The position numbers and the translations under genes were made by a program. A DNA stretch of 64,000 nucleotides. Source: Hoeflea sp. (GTDB taxonomy: Bacteria > Pseudomonadota > Alphaproteobacteria > Rhizobiales > Rhizobiaceae). Location of the stretch: NCBI RefSeq assembly GCF_040218025.1, contig NZ_JAVJQD010000025.1; one strand, 5' to 3'. Numbering within the stretch: position 1 is the first letter of the stretch; each line of letters starts with the position of its first letter. This document shows, in pieces, positions 51,238 to 61,430 of this stretch. The notes under the pieces are model-generated. The model had not been told where the DNA came from, did no database searches, and saw only the letters and a list, made by a program, of their open reading frames with translations.

Positions 51238-51645
51238 ATGTACAACAACATTCTAGTCGCCGTCGCTTACGATGAGACCCGTGACCGGGCCGCAGCCTTT
51301 GATGTCGCACGCACGCTTGCTGACGAAGGCGCGGTCATCACGGCGCTCCATGTTCTGGAGGATATCCCCGTCCATGTCGCCCATTACATTCCCGTGGAGC
51401 AGGCAGAAGCCGGCCGCGCCGAGGCTCTGGCCCGGCTCAAGGCCGACCTGGGCGGCGTGACCGATGTCCGGCCCGTGGTGGTCCAGGGCAATCCGGGCGC
51501 GAGAATCGTCGAATATGCCGCCCAGCACGAAATCGACTGCATCATCATCGCCTCGCACCGCCCCGGTCTGGCGGATTATGTCCTCGGCTCCACCGCAAGC
51601 CGCGTCGTCCGCCACGCAAAATGCTCCGTGCATGTGTTGAGGTAA
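51238..51645 (+). CDS. universal stress protein (UspA family)
   Basis: AAGGAGGA SD. MYNNILVAVAYD...IIIASHRPGLADYVLGSTASRVVRHAKCSVHVLR. Confidence 0.88.
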   Translation: MYNNILVAVAYDETRDRAAAFDVARTLADEGAVITALHVLEDIPVHVAHYIPVEQAEAGRAEALARLKADLGGVTDVRPVVVQGNPGARIVEYAAQHEIDCIIIASHRPGLADYVLGSTASRVVRHAKCSVHVLR

Positions 51646-51980
51646 GGGGAGAGCGGTTCCCGGCCCTGGTCGGTGCCGCCCCACTGCATCGCAACACACT
51701 ATGGCGCGGGCTCCGGACCGGTGTTCGCGGCAATGCGGGGCAACCGACCAGCAGGATCCGGGGCCGGGCGCGGAGCACCAGTTCTTGCCGTGGCAACAAG
51801 CGAAGCTGACGTCCATTTGAATTGAGTGTTGTGGCGCTTTCGGCCCAAAGCCGACCTACGTTTTTAGGCAGCCCAGGCTCAGTTAGAGCCCATACCTACC
51901 GAGAACGCGATCGAAGTATGCTAACAATCGGATGACATGCCTTCGACTGCAAACTGATCAGAGCAGGGCCGACAACTGGT

Positions 51981-52871
51981 TCACTCAAGTGCCACGAGTT
52001 GACGATCTTGTCGCGGCGATCGTCCAAATTTTCGGGAATACTCCCTCGAAAATTGTGCCGAGCTTTCATATCCAACACCGAATGCGATCTCCGACACTTT
52101 CGCGCTGGAGGTCTGAAGCGCATCTCGCGCCCTGAGCAGGCGCAAATCCTTTTGATATTGCAGCGGAGACGTACCGGTCACAGCCTTGAATTGCTCGAAA
52201 AAGGCCGAACTGCTCATGCCGACATCCCGGGCCAGTTCCTTGACGACGATGGTCTTGGCGAGATGGGTTTGGATGTCCCTCGTGGCCTGAAAAATGCGAC
52301 TGGCCGTGCTCTCATGCCAGAGCAGTCTGTGAAGCGTCTCGCCGTGCGGCCCCATCAACAATCGGGCGTGGATTTCCCGGGCGGTGATCGGGGCCAAAAG
52401 TCGGCGCGCCGCGTCGGTTTCGCATTGGCTGAAATAGCGTCGCAACGCGTCTTCGATCTCTTCATCCGTATCGCACAGGTGAATTGAAAACGGTTCCGAA
52501 GCCCGCGAGACTGACGAAGGCAACACTGCCGGGGCCAACGAGCGGAGCAGGTCCAGATCAAGCGGGAAGACAAGCGCGACATAGGGCAGATCAGGCGCTG
52601 CTTCGGTAATCCGTGAGAGAACCGGCAAGGCGTGGCTGACGATCAGCGACTGGCCGGCGCGCACGGTTATTGTTTTTGCATTGGTCCCAACATCCTTGGC
52701 ACCTTGCAGGATAAGGCAGAGCAATGGGCGGTAGACGGTTGCGTTCTGGCCTGTGGGGGCCTCGTGGCGCAGCAGATGTGTGCCGCTGTCCTCATGAAAC
52801 AACGCCCCCTGACGCAACCCCGATTGATCCAGCAGCGACGACACGCGGTTCAGCAGTGCTTGATGTGTCAT
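51981..52871 (-). CDS. AraC-family transcriptional regulator (AraC_N-type sensor domain)
   Basis: Start at MTHQALLNRV (52871). C-terminal HTH ELARDVGMSSSAFFEQFKAVTGTSPLQYQKDLRLLRAR...GYESSAQFSREYSRKFG. Confidence 0.85.
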   Translation of the reverse strand: MTHQALLNRVSSLLDQSGLRQGALFHEDSGTHLLRHEAPTGQNATVYRPLLCLILQGAKDVGTNAKTITVRAGQSLIVSHALPVLSRITEAAPDLPYVALVFPLDLDLLRSLAPAVLPSSVSRASEPFSIHLCDTDEEIEDALRRYFSQCETDAARRLLAPITAREIHARLLMGPHGETLHRLLWHESTASRIFQATRDIQTHLAKTIVVKELARDVGMSSSAFFEQFKAVTGTSPLQYQKDLRLLRARDALQTSSAKVSEIAFGVGYESSAQFSREYSRKFGRSPRQDRQLVALE

Positions 52872-53034
52872 GCATGTCTCCCTTGCTCTGCCGCGAGCCA
52901 TAACATTGTAAGGCGAGCGAATTTACAGAAAAATCCCATGAGTGGAGGATCGTGCAAGAAAACTGGACTAATCATAAAGATTGCCACGGTGGTCTCGAAT
53001 ATCGTGTCATCATCAACACGAAGGGATCGCAGAT

Positions 53035-53904
53035 ATGAAGAATATTCTCATAACCGGTATCGCAGGTGGCTTCGGCAAGCCCACGGCACTGGCTCTCTTG
53101 GCAAGGGGCTACGTCGTCGCCGGAAGTGTCCGCAGCCGCAGCGGGAAGAATGCCGCGACTGTTGCCGAACTCGAAGCGGCCGGCGCAAAAATTGTCGAGA
53201 TGGACGTGACCGATACGGCGAGCACCGAGCGCGGTGTCTCTGATGCCATATCGCAGCTCGGCGGGCTAGATATCTTGTTCAACAATGCGGGCATTGGCTC
53301 CTATGGCATCCAGGAACTGATGTCTCCAGAGGACATGAAACGGGTTTTCGACGTGAATGTCATGGGCGTTCAACGGGTCATGCGGGCAGCGTTGCCGCAT
53401 CTGCGGGCGCAGGGGCGGGGCACCGTGCTCTATACCTCCAGTTTGATCGGGCGGATTGCGACCCCGTTCTACGGCACCTATTCGGCATCGAAATGGGCGC
53501 TGGAAGCCATCGTCGAATGCTACCGTACCGAGCTTTCGGGGTTTGGCATCGAGTCCTGCCTCATTGAACCCGGTGCCATGCCCACCGCTTTCTTTGATGG
53601 CATGGTAACCCCGAACGATCCTGCACGCGATGCCGAGTACGGCGACTTCGCCGCAGTGCCCGCGATGTCCAGCGCCGGGCTGGCCCAGATGCTCGACGCA
53701 ACGCCCGATCAGCGGCCTGAACGCATTGCGGAAGCGGTCGTCGCGCTCTTGGACAAGCCCTTCGGCGAAAAACCGTTTCGCACCGTGGTCGACTATGTCG
53801 GCGTCGGCCCTGAGATCGAGCGCTACAATGACATGTTCCACGACGTCACCCGCAATATCTTCACCAATTTCGGCATCGAACAGATGCTCGATCTGAACGC
53901 TTGA
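53035..53904 (+). CDS. short-chain dehydrogenase/reductase
   Basis: ITGIAGGFG (TGxxxGxG variant), NNAG, and YSASKWALEA (YxxxK). Confidence 0.88.
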   Translation: MKNILITGIAGGFGKPTALALLARGYVVAGSVRSRSGKNAATVAELEAAGAKIVEMDVTDTASTERGVSDAISQLGGLDILFNNAGIGSYGIQELMSPEDMKRVFDVNVMGVQRVMRAALPHLRAQGRGTVLYTSSLIGRIATPFYGTYSASKWALEAIVECYRTELSGFGIESCLIEPGAMPTAFFDGMVTPNDPARDAEYGDFAAVPAMSSAGLAQMLDATPDQRPERIAEAVVALLDKPFGEKPFRTVVDYVGVGPEIERYNDMFHDVTRNIFTNFGIEQMLDLNA

Positions 53905-53914
53905 GGCGGCTTAC

Positions 53915-54727
53915 ATGAAAACCATACTGATCACAGGAGCCTCATCGGGTATCGGCGAAGCAACGGCGCGGCACTTTCAGGCAAACGGCTGGAACGTGAT
54001 CGCCACCATGCGTGCTCCGTCCGATGACAGCGCGCTTGCCGATCTGGAAAATGTGCTGGTCACGCGGCTGGATGTCACCGATGCCGCCTCGATCCCGGCG
54101 GCAGTGGCGGCGGGCATCGACCGTTTCGGTAAAATCGATGTGCTGCTCAACAACGCGGGCTACGGAGCATATGGCGCGCTTGAGGCGTTCACGATGGAGC
54201 GTATCCGGCGACAGTTCGATACCAACGTGATCGGGCTGCTGGAAGTAACCAAGGCTGTTCTGCCCCATATGCGCCAGAATCGTTCGGGCACGGTCATCAA
54301 TATCTCTTCCATCGGCGGCCAGATCACCTTCCCCCTCGGCACCTTGTACCACGGCACCAAGTTTGCGGTCGAAGGCCTGTCAGAGGCCCTGCACTACGAA
54401 CTTGAACCGCTTGGCATTCGGGTGCGCATTGTCGAACCCGGAATGATCAAGACCAACTTCGGCGGCAGGTCCTTCGATTTCGCGATGGATGAAGGCCTTT
54501 CGGACTATGCACCGACCGCCGAGGCGATGGGCCGCCTGTTCGGCAAGCTGGCATCAAATCCTTCCGCGCCTGAAACGGTGGCGGAGGTCATTTGGGAAGC
54601 CGCGCATGAGGACGGAGACCGCTTGCGCTTCCGCGCCGGAGAGGATGCCATAAGGTTGTTGGACGAGCGAAAAAGCCAGGATGACGGAACCTTCATCGGC
54701 GGCATCAAGAAGTTGATGAGTGGCTGA
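53915..54727 (+). CDS. short-chain dehydrogenase/reductase
   Basis: ITGASSGIG, NNAGYG, and YHGTKFAVEG (YxxxK). Confidence 0.9.
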   Translation: MKTILITGASSGIGEATARHFQANGWNVIATMRAPSDDSALADLENVLVTRLDVTDAASIPAAVAAGIDRFGKIDVLLNNAGYGAYGALEAFTMERIRRQFDTNVIGLLEVTKAVLPHMRQNRSGTVINISSIGGQITFPLGTLYHGTKFAVEGLSEALHYELEPLGIRVRIVEPGMIKTNFGGRSFDFAMDEGLSDYAPTAEAMGRLFGKLASNPSAPETVAEVIWEAAHEDGDRLRFRAGEDAIRLLDERKSQDDGTFIGGIKKLMSG

Positions 54728-55484
54728 GCCAATGTCGGCCACGTTCGCATTGCCGGCAATGGTTCCGACGCAGTAAAAGTCCGCTTGCCGCCCTCTCAGG
54801 ACCTTGGTTGGGAGTGCAGCGAACGGCTGCTTTCGGGGGTTGGATCCAGGATCGTCAACACCCGTTATTGGGGCCGCGCCCCCAGTGCCGCCTGAAATCC
54901 CCGCCATTTCATCCACACTTTCCCGCCCTGTGCGATACTTGTCTCATCTTCCGTCATCGGAGGGTCTGGGCCCACGGAGTCCCGGCCGGCGGAAGGCGGT
55001 GGGTTTTGGTGCGCGGGGGCCGCATCCGCAACGCCAAAAGCCCGCGACCGGATCACGGCGGCGCAAGCCGCAAGCCGGAGCCTGCCGGTCCGCACCGGCG
55101 CCGGCGGCGTTTTCGAAAGGAACGCCGGTCCCGAAAAGGGCCCGGTCAGGCTGGACGGTATCGAGGCCGGGAGCCGATCGGGCATGAGGCGGGTTCGGGT
55201 GGCGGTTCATCCGAACGCGACGACACCGCCAGGGACGCGTGACATCCGGTCCGCGGGAAGGACACCGTGGCCCGCACCCGGAAAGTGCAGGCCTCCCCCA
55301 CTGGCGGGGCGCGGGCAATCGTGCCAAAGCCAAGCCATATCTTTCCTCACGGGCCGGCTGCCCGTGCGCCCCGCACTCCGGTTCTCACCCGGAGACCCGG
55401 ACAATGCCCTATCCCGCCGGCGAAGTGTTTCGCGCGCGGCGTTCTGGCGTGCCCGGTCCTCCAAATCGCATCGTAAGTCTAAAC

Positions 55485-57074
55485 TTACGCAGCTTTGGCG
55501 ACGTGATATTCCTTGATCGCCACCATCTTGATGTCGGGGTAGCGTTCGGCCTCGTAATTGAGCGAGAACTGGTCGGCGGCCAGGAACACCGGGTCACCGT
55601 CGAGATCGCGGGCGACATCGCCGCGATGCCGGTCAATGAAGCGTTCCAGCTCCGGTTTCTCCGGCGCCGAAATCCAGCGGCAGACCGAAAAACGGGCCAT
55701 TTCGAAGCTCACCGGCAGGCCGTATTCCGCCTTAAGCCGCTCCTTGAGCACGTCGAGCTGCAGCGCGCCGACCACGCCGACGATCGCGGGCGAACCGTCC
55801 TCCGGCAAAAACAGCTGCACCACGCCTTCCTCGGCCATTTGCTGCAGCGCTTCCTTCAGCTTCTTGGCCTTCATCGCATCCTCGAGCCGGACCCGGCGCA
55901 GGATTTCAGGCGCGAAGTTCGGCACGCCCTGGAACACAAGCGCCTCGCCCTCGGTCAATGTGTCGCCGATGCGCAGCGTTCCGTGATTGGGGATGCCCAC
56001 CACGTCGCCGGCAAATGCGGTGTCGGCGATCTGGCGCTGCGAGGCGAAAAAGAACTGCGGCGCGGAAAGCCCCATCGGCTTGCCGGTGCGCGAGAGGCGG
56101 GCCTTCATGCCGCGTTCGAGACGGCCCGAGCAGACGCGGACGAAGGCGATGCGGTCGCGATGGTTGGGGTCCATGTTGGCCTGGATCTTGAACACGAAGG
56201 CGGTCATCTTCGGGTCGGTCGCCTCCACCGTGCGGGTGTCGGCAACTTGCGCCCGCGGCTGGGGCGCATGGGCGCCGAGCGCGTTGATCAGGTCGCGGAC
56301 CCCGTAGTTTCTCAGCGCCGAGCCGAAATAGACCGGCGTCAGATGCCCCTCGCGGAAGGCCTCCAGGTCAAACGGCTTGCAGGCTTCGGCGGCCAGCGAG
56401 GTTTCCTCGATGAAGGTCTCGCGCTCGTTTTCGGGCAGCAGCCCCGCCACCTTGTCCGATTGCGGGCCGTTCACAGGCGTCAGCTCCGTTTCCTTGTCGG
56501 AATGCCGAATCGCCGATTGCGCCAGGTGGTAGGTGCCCGAAAAGCTCTTGCCCTGGCCGATCGGCCAGGTCATCGGCGCGCAGTCGAGCGCCAGCTTCTC
56601 CTCCACCTCGTCGAGGATCTCGAACGGGTTGCGCGCCTCGCGGTCCATCTTGTTGACGAAGGTGATGATCGGGATGTCCCGGAGCCGGCAGACCTCGAAC
56701 AGTTTCAGCGTGCGCGGCTCGATGCCCTTGGCCGCGTCGATCACCATCACCGCCGCGTCCACCGCCGTCAGCGTGCGGTAGGTGTCGTCGGCAAAGTCCT
56801 CGTGGCCCGGCGTGTCGAGCAGGTTGAAGACGTGGTTGTCATATTCGAAGGTCATCACCGAGGTGACCACCGAGATGCCGCGCTCGCGCTCGATCTTCAT
56901 CCAGTCCGAACGGGTCTGGATCCGGTCCTTCTTAGCCTTCACCTCGCCGGCAAGCTGGATCGCGCCGCCGAAAAGCAGAAGCTTCTCGGTCAGCGTGGTC
57001 TTGCCCGCGTCGGGGTGCGATATGATCGCGAAAGTGCGGCGGCGGCCGACTTCCTCGGCAAGTGCGTCTGGCAT
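55485..57074 (-). CDS. prfC: peptide chain release factor 3
   Basis: RRRTFAIISHPDAGKTTLTEKLLLFGGAIQ...DTPGHEDF...NKMD. Confidence 0.96.
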   Translation of the reverse strand: MPDALAEEVGRRRTFAIISHPDAGKTTLTEKLLLFGGAIQLAGEVKAKKDRIQTRSDWMKIERERGISVVTSVMTFEYDNHVFNLLDTPGHEDFADDTYRTLTAVDAAVMVIDAAKGIEPRTLKLFEVCRLRDIPIITFVNKMDREARNPFEILDEVEEKLALDCAPMTWPIGQGKSFSGTYHLAQSAIRHSDKETELTPVNGPQSDKVAGLLPENERETFIEETSLAAEACKPFDLEAFREGHLTPVYFGSALRNYGVRDLINALGAHAPQPRAQVADTRTVEATDPKMTAFVFKIQANMDPNHRDRIAFVRVCSGRLERGMKARLSRTGKPMGLSAPQFFFASQRQIADTAFAGDVVGIPNHGTLRIGDTLTEGEALVFQGVPNFAPEILRRVRLEDAMKAKKLKEALQQMAEEGVVQLFLPEDGSPAIVGVVGALQLDVLKERLKAEYGLPVSFEMARFSVCRWISAPEKPELERFIDRHRGDVARDLDGDPVFLAADQFSLNYEAERYPDIKMVAIKEYHVAKAA

Positions 57075-57167
57075 TGCTCGTCAATTCCTGTTGATTGCGC
57101 TGCCTTCTAGCCGCTTGCCGCCCGCCATGCAATTGACCCGGAGACCCCAAGCGTAAAAGCTTGCGCC

Positions 57168-57674
57168 ATGAAAGCGCCCGCTCCCCTGTCAGAGACCGGA
57201 CTCGAAGCCCCTTTTGCCGACCGTCCGGAACTTCGCATCCGGCGTCTTGCGCATGGCGAGGAACTCCCGCTTCCCGCTTATGAAACTCCCGGCTCCGCCG
57301 GCATGGACCTGCGCGCCGCTGTCCCGGAAGAGCAACCGTTGGAGATCGCCCCGGGCGGACGCTGGGCCGTCCCCACCGGTCTGGCGATGGAAATACCGGC
57401 AGGCTTCGAGGGCCAGGTCCGGCCCCGCTCGGGCCTGGCGCTTAAATCCGGCATCACCTGCCTCAATGCGCCAGGCACCATCGACGCGGACTATCGCGGC
57501 GAGGTCAAGGTGATCCTGGCCAATCTCGGAGCTGACCCCTTCACGGTTACACGCGGCATGCGCATAGCCCAGCTCGTCATCGCCCCTGTTGTGCAGGCGC
57601 GGGTCGTCCTTGCCGAAACGCTCAGTGAGACCGGACGGGGAGCGGGTGGTTTCGGCTCCACGGGAAACTCATGA
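57168..57674 (+). CDS. dut: dUTP diphosphatase
   Basis: GSAGMDLRA...RPRSGLALK...[11 protein letters not shown]...GGFGSTG. Confidence 0.93.
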   Translation: MKAPAPLSETGLEAPFADRPELRIRRLAHGEELPLPAYETPGSAGMDLRAAVPEEQPLEIAPGGRWAVPTGLAMEIPAGFEGQVRPRSGLALKSGITCLNAPGTIDADYRGEVKVILANLGADPFTVTRGMRIAQLVIAPVVQARVVLAETLSETGRGAGGFGSTGNS

Positions 57675-58675
57675 GCGCGCCCCTCACCGTCATCGACATG
57701 CACACCGCGGGCGAGCCGCTCAGGATCGTCACCGGCGGCTATCCTGAGCTGCCCCGGGGAACGATCCTGCAAAAGCGCGCCCATGTCCGCGATCATCTTG
57801 ATCACTTGCGCAAGATCCTCATGTTCGAGCCGCGCGGCCATGCCGACCAGTACGGCGCGCTACTGGTCGAACCGGATCTGCCCGGCGCCGATCTCGCCGT
57901 GCTGTTCATGCACAACGAGGGCTATTCCACCATGTGCGGCCACGCCATCATCGCGCTCGGGCGCTACGCGGTGGACGAGGGGCTGGTGAGCCCCGCCGGC
58001 GACCGCGCCACGGTCAACATCGAATGTCCGTGCGGCCTCGTTCGCGCCGAGGTCCTGATGCGCAACGGCAAGGCCGCCGATGTGAGCTTCGAAAGCGTAC
58101 CGTCGTTCCTGTTTGCCCGCGACCTTGTCCTTGCTGTCGGTGACCGGGGCGAGATGAATTTTGACATCGCCTATGGCGGCGCCTTTTACGCGCTGGCTGA
58201 CGCGAAGCAGTTCGGGCTCGAATTCGGCCGCGATCCGGTGTCGGCCTTTGTCGAGGCGGCTGACCTGCTGACCCGCGCGGCGCAGGCGGAAATCCCGCTC
58301 AGCCATCCCGACGCCGAGGACCTTGCCTTTCTCTACGGCTCGATCCTCACCGACGGCCGTGACGCATTTTCCGACCAGCCAACCCGCAACATCTGTGTCT
58401 TTGCCGACCGTCAGGTGGACCGCTCGCCCACCGGCTCGGGCGTAACCGCACGGCTCGCCGCCATGCATGCCCGCGGCCAGATTGGCAAAGGGCAGGTCCG
58501 GATTTTCGAAAGCGTCATCGGCAGCCGCTTCGAGGGCGCTGTCGCGACCGAGACAGACTGCGGGCCGCACCCGGCCATCACCGCCCGCGTGTCGGGCCGG
58601 GCCTTCTATTCCGGTCGGTCCGAATTCATTGTCGAGGATGAGGACCCGCTGGCTTCGGGGTTCCTGGTGCGTTGA
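57671..58675 (+). CDS. proline-racemase-family enzyme, Cys/Thr type (predicted trans-3-hydroxy-L-proline dehydratase)
   Basis: The first catalytic position is Cys (STMCGHA). The second motif is [11 protein letters not shown], with Thr where racemases and epimerases have SPCGTG. The ATGA start overlaps the dut stop. Confidence 0.85.
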   Translation: MSAPLTVIDMHTAGEPLRIVTGGYPELPRGTILQKRAHVRDHLDHLRKILMFEPRGHADQYGALLVEPDLPGADLAVLFMHNEGYSTMCGHAIIALGRYAVDEGLVSPAGDRATVNIECPCGLVRAEVLMRNGKAADVSFESVPSFLFARDLVLAVGDRGEMNFDIAYGGAFYALADAKQFGLEFGRDPVSAFVEAADLLTRAAQAEIPLSHPDAEDLAFLYGSILTDGRDAFSDQPTRNICVFADRQVDRSPTGSGVTARLAAMHARGQIGKGQVRIFESVIGSRFEGAVATETDCGPHPAITARVSGRAFYSGRSEFIVEDEDPLASGFLVR

Positions 58676-59561
58676 GAGGCTTCTTGGCCCGGCTTGTGCC
58701 CAGATAGATCGAGACGATGATGATGGCGAGCGCGGTCAGGCGCTGTGGGGTCAGGGCCTCTCCGAGCAACAGGAAACCCAGAACCGCCCCGCCGACCGGC
58801 ACGGCGAAATTGACCTGGGACATGCGCGTTGCGCCAAGCCGGGGAACCAGGTGAAAATAGATCAGATTGGCGCAGGCGGTTGAAAACAATCCGAGATAGA
58901 TCACCGCGCCAAGGGATGACAGGTCCATGCCGGCGCGGTCGGGCACTCCCCCGGAAAGCACGACAACGGATCCCATGATGATGGTGGCGACCAGCATGGA
59001 GCCCGCCGCCATTTCCAGCGGCGGCCGTGTGACGAAGCGGCGGATGTAGATGGTCGAGACGGCATAACAGACTGTGGCGCCGAGGATCGCCAGTTGCCCG
59101 CCGAGATCTGCACCCAGACCGGCCAGTGCAGACGGCCCCACAAGCACCGCGACACCGGAGAGACCGCCTGTGATGCCGAGAGCTGTCCTGACGGTCAGCC
59201 GTTCATCCGGAATCAGCCAGGCGGCGAGCAACAGGGTGATGACCGGTGAGGCCCCCATCAGGATGGAGGCAAGCGCGCTGTCCACCGATTGCTCGCCATG
59301 GGTGATCAGAAGAAATGGCGCCGCACTTCCCAGGGTGCCGGTGACGGCATAGCTGAACCAGCCCGACAGGGTTCGCGACAGCCGGTGTCCCCGCCAGCGC
59401 ATCACGGCAAGGATGACGGCGGCTCCGATCAGCAGCCGGCCGAACACAAGCGCCGCCGGCGAAAGCGTGGTCACGCCGATCTTGATGACGGCGTAGGAGG
59501 AGCTCCACATCGCTGCGAGCAGGAGCCAAAGAATGACGTCAATCGGTGCGGCCTTGCCCAT
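58626..59561 (-). CDS. DMT-superfamily EamA-type transporter
   Basis: About 10 TM helices, two EamA-like halves. The 3' end overlaps the convergent gene by 50 nt. Confidence 0.82.
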   Translation of the reverse strand: MGKAAPIDVILWLLLAAMWSSSYAVIKIGVTTLSPAALVFGRLLIGAAVILAVMRWRGHRLSRTLSGWFSYAVTGTLGSAAPFLLITHGEQSVDSALASILMGASPVITLLLAAWLIPDERLTVRTALGITGGLSGVAVLVGPSALAGLGADLGGQLAILGATVCYAVSTIYIRRFVTRPPLEMAAGSMLVATIIMGSVVVLSGGVPDRAGMDLSSLGAVIYLGLFSTACANLIYFHLVPRLGATRMSQVNFAVPVGGAVLGFLLLGEALTPQRLTALAIIIVSIYLGTSRAKKPLNAPGTPKPAGPHPRQ

Positions 59562-59593
59562 CTGAAATCTTCCTGTAGGGTGCTACGGTATCA

Positions 59594-59611
59594 GTAGCGA
59601 TAGCACGCTAC
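59594..59611. promoter_or_regulatory. inverted repeat GTAGCG-N6-CGCTAC in the DMT/HxlR divergent region
   Basis: It is embedded in a run of GTAGC/GCTAC pentamers (59580-59635), between divergent genes. Confidence 0.35.
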
Positions 59612-59658
59612 GAAAACAGTAGCAATCGTAGAGTGGCGTCTTGAATGGAGAGCAGGCG

Positions 59659-60006
59659 ATGAGTGCGCGGGACAGGCCCGTTGCAAGATTGGGTGATCCC
59701 GTCCGCGGTTCACGCAGCGGTCAGCCGATCATGGTGCTGTTTGATCTGTTGAGCCGTCGTTGGGCGATGGGGATCCTGTGGAATCTGGCGGACGGGCCGC
59801 GAACATTTCGCGACCTGCGGGAGCGGTGCGATTCCGCTTCGCCGAGTGTCCTCAATACCCGCATCAAGGAACTTCGCAGCGTCAATCTCATTGAGAACAC
59901 GCCGGGTGGTTACGCGTTGACTGAAAGCGGGCGTGAGTTGTTCCGACATCTAGAGCCTTTGGGCGACTGGGCCATGGACTGGGTTCCGGGGCTGGATCGC
60001 GGCTAG
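59659..60006 (+). CDS. HxlR-family transcriptional regulator
   Basis: ATG 59659 lies 8 nt after GGAG. LLSRRWAMGILWNLADGPRTFRDLRERCDSASPSVLNTRIKELRSVNLI. Confidence 0.85.
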   Translation: MSARDRPVARLGDPVRGSRSGQPIMVLFDLLSRRWAMGILWNLADGPRTFRDLRERCDSASPSVLNTRIKELRSVNLIENTPGGYALTESGRELFRHLEPLGDWAMDWVPGLDRG

Positions 60007-60207
60007 TCAGGCATTTTGGCGGAGTTGGACCCTTGGTACGTGTACCTTGAAAAAGCTGTCCTGAGCGCCAATTTGCGGAATAATAGTTCGTTAATCAGCC
60101 ATTCTTCGGAATAATTTCGCGCACACACGACGCCGTAACCATCCCCAATGACTCGCACGGCAACCTGTACTGGCTTAGACTTCAATCAGAGAAAAAGGAG
60201 CATTTTC

Positions 60208-61182
<975 letters not shown>

Positions 61183-61211
61183 TCCCGACCGGCCTTGAGC
61201 CTCGCCCGTTC

Positions 61212-61242
61212 CCGCACCGCCGGTTTCCGACCGGCGGTGCGG
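61212..61242. terminator. 12-bp perfect hairpin between convergent cysK and yifB
   Basis: CCGCACCGCCGG tttccga CCGGCGGTGCGG. No U-tract on either strand. Confidence 0.5.
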
Positions 61243-61430
61243 CGGACAGAGCAGCAATCTCCAGGCTGAAAACCCTTCGGTCCAAGAAGCTGAGGCGCAA
61301 AGCCTGCGGCTCAAGGACATCTCGCGCCTGCGTCCGTGCGGGATGAACAGGTTGGCGTCCGCGCGGTACACTTTGAACTGGCACGTGTCGCTCCGGAACC
61401 TGGTAAGCAAACCCCGGCGCGTCGGCTGCG

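Noticed and set aside
54728-55484. RNase P RNA, tmRNA (two-piece alphaproteobacterial form) or SRP RNA in the 757-bp spacer
   Set aside because: The hallmark strings are absent on both strands: GAGGAAAGTCCGG for RNase P, a GGTTCGA(A/T)TCC T-arm with a CCA-proximal acceptor for tmRNA, and the GGUCAGGUCCGGAAGG-type SRP domain IV. Only vague partial resemblances exist, such as GGAAAGTGC.
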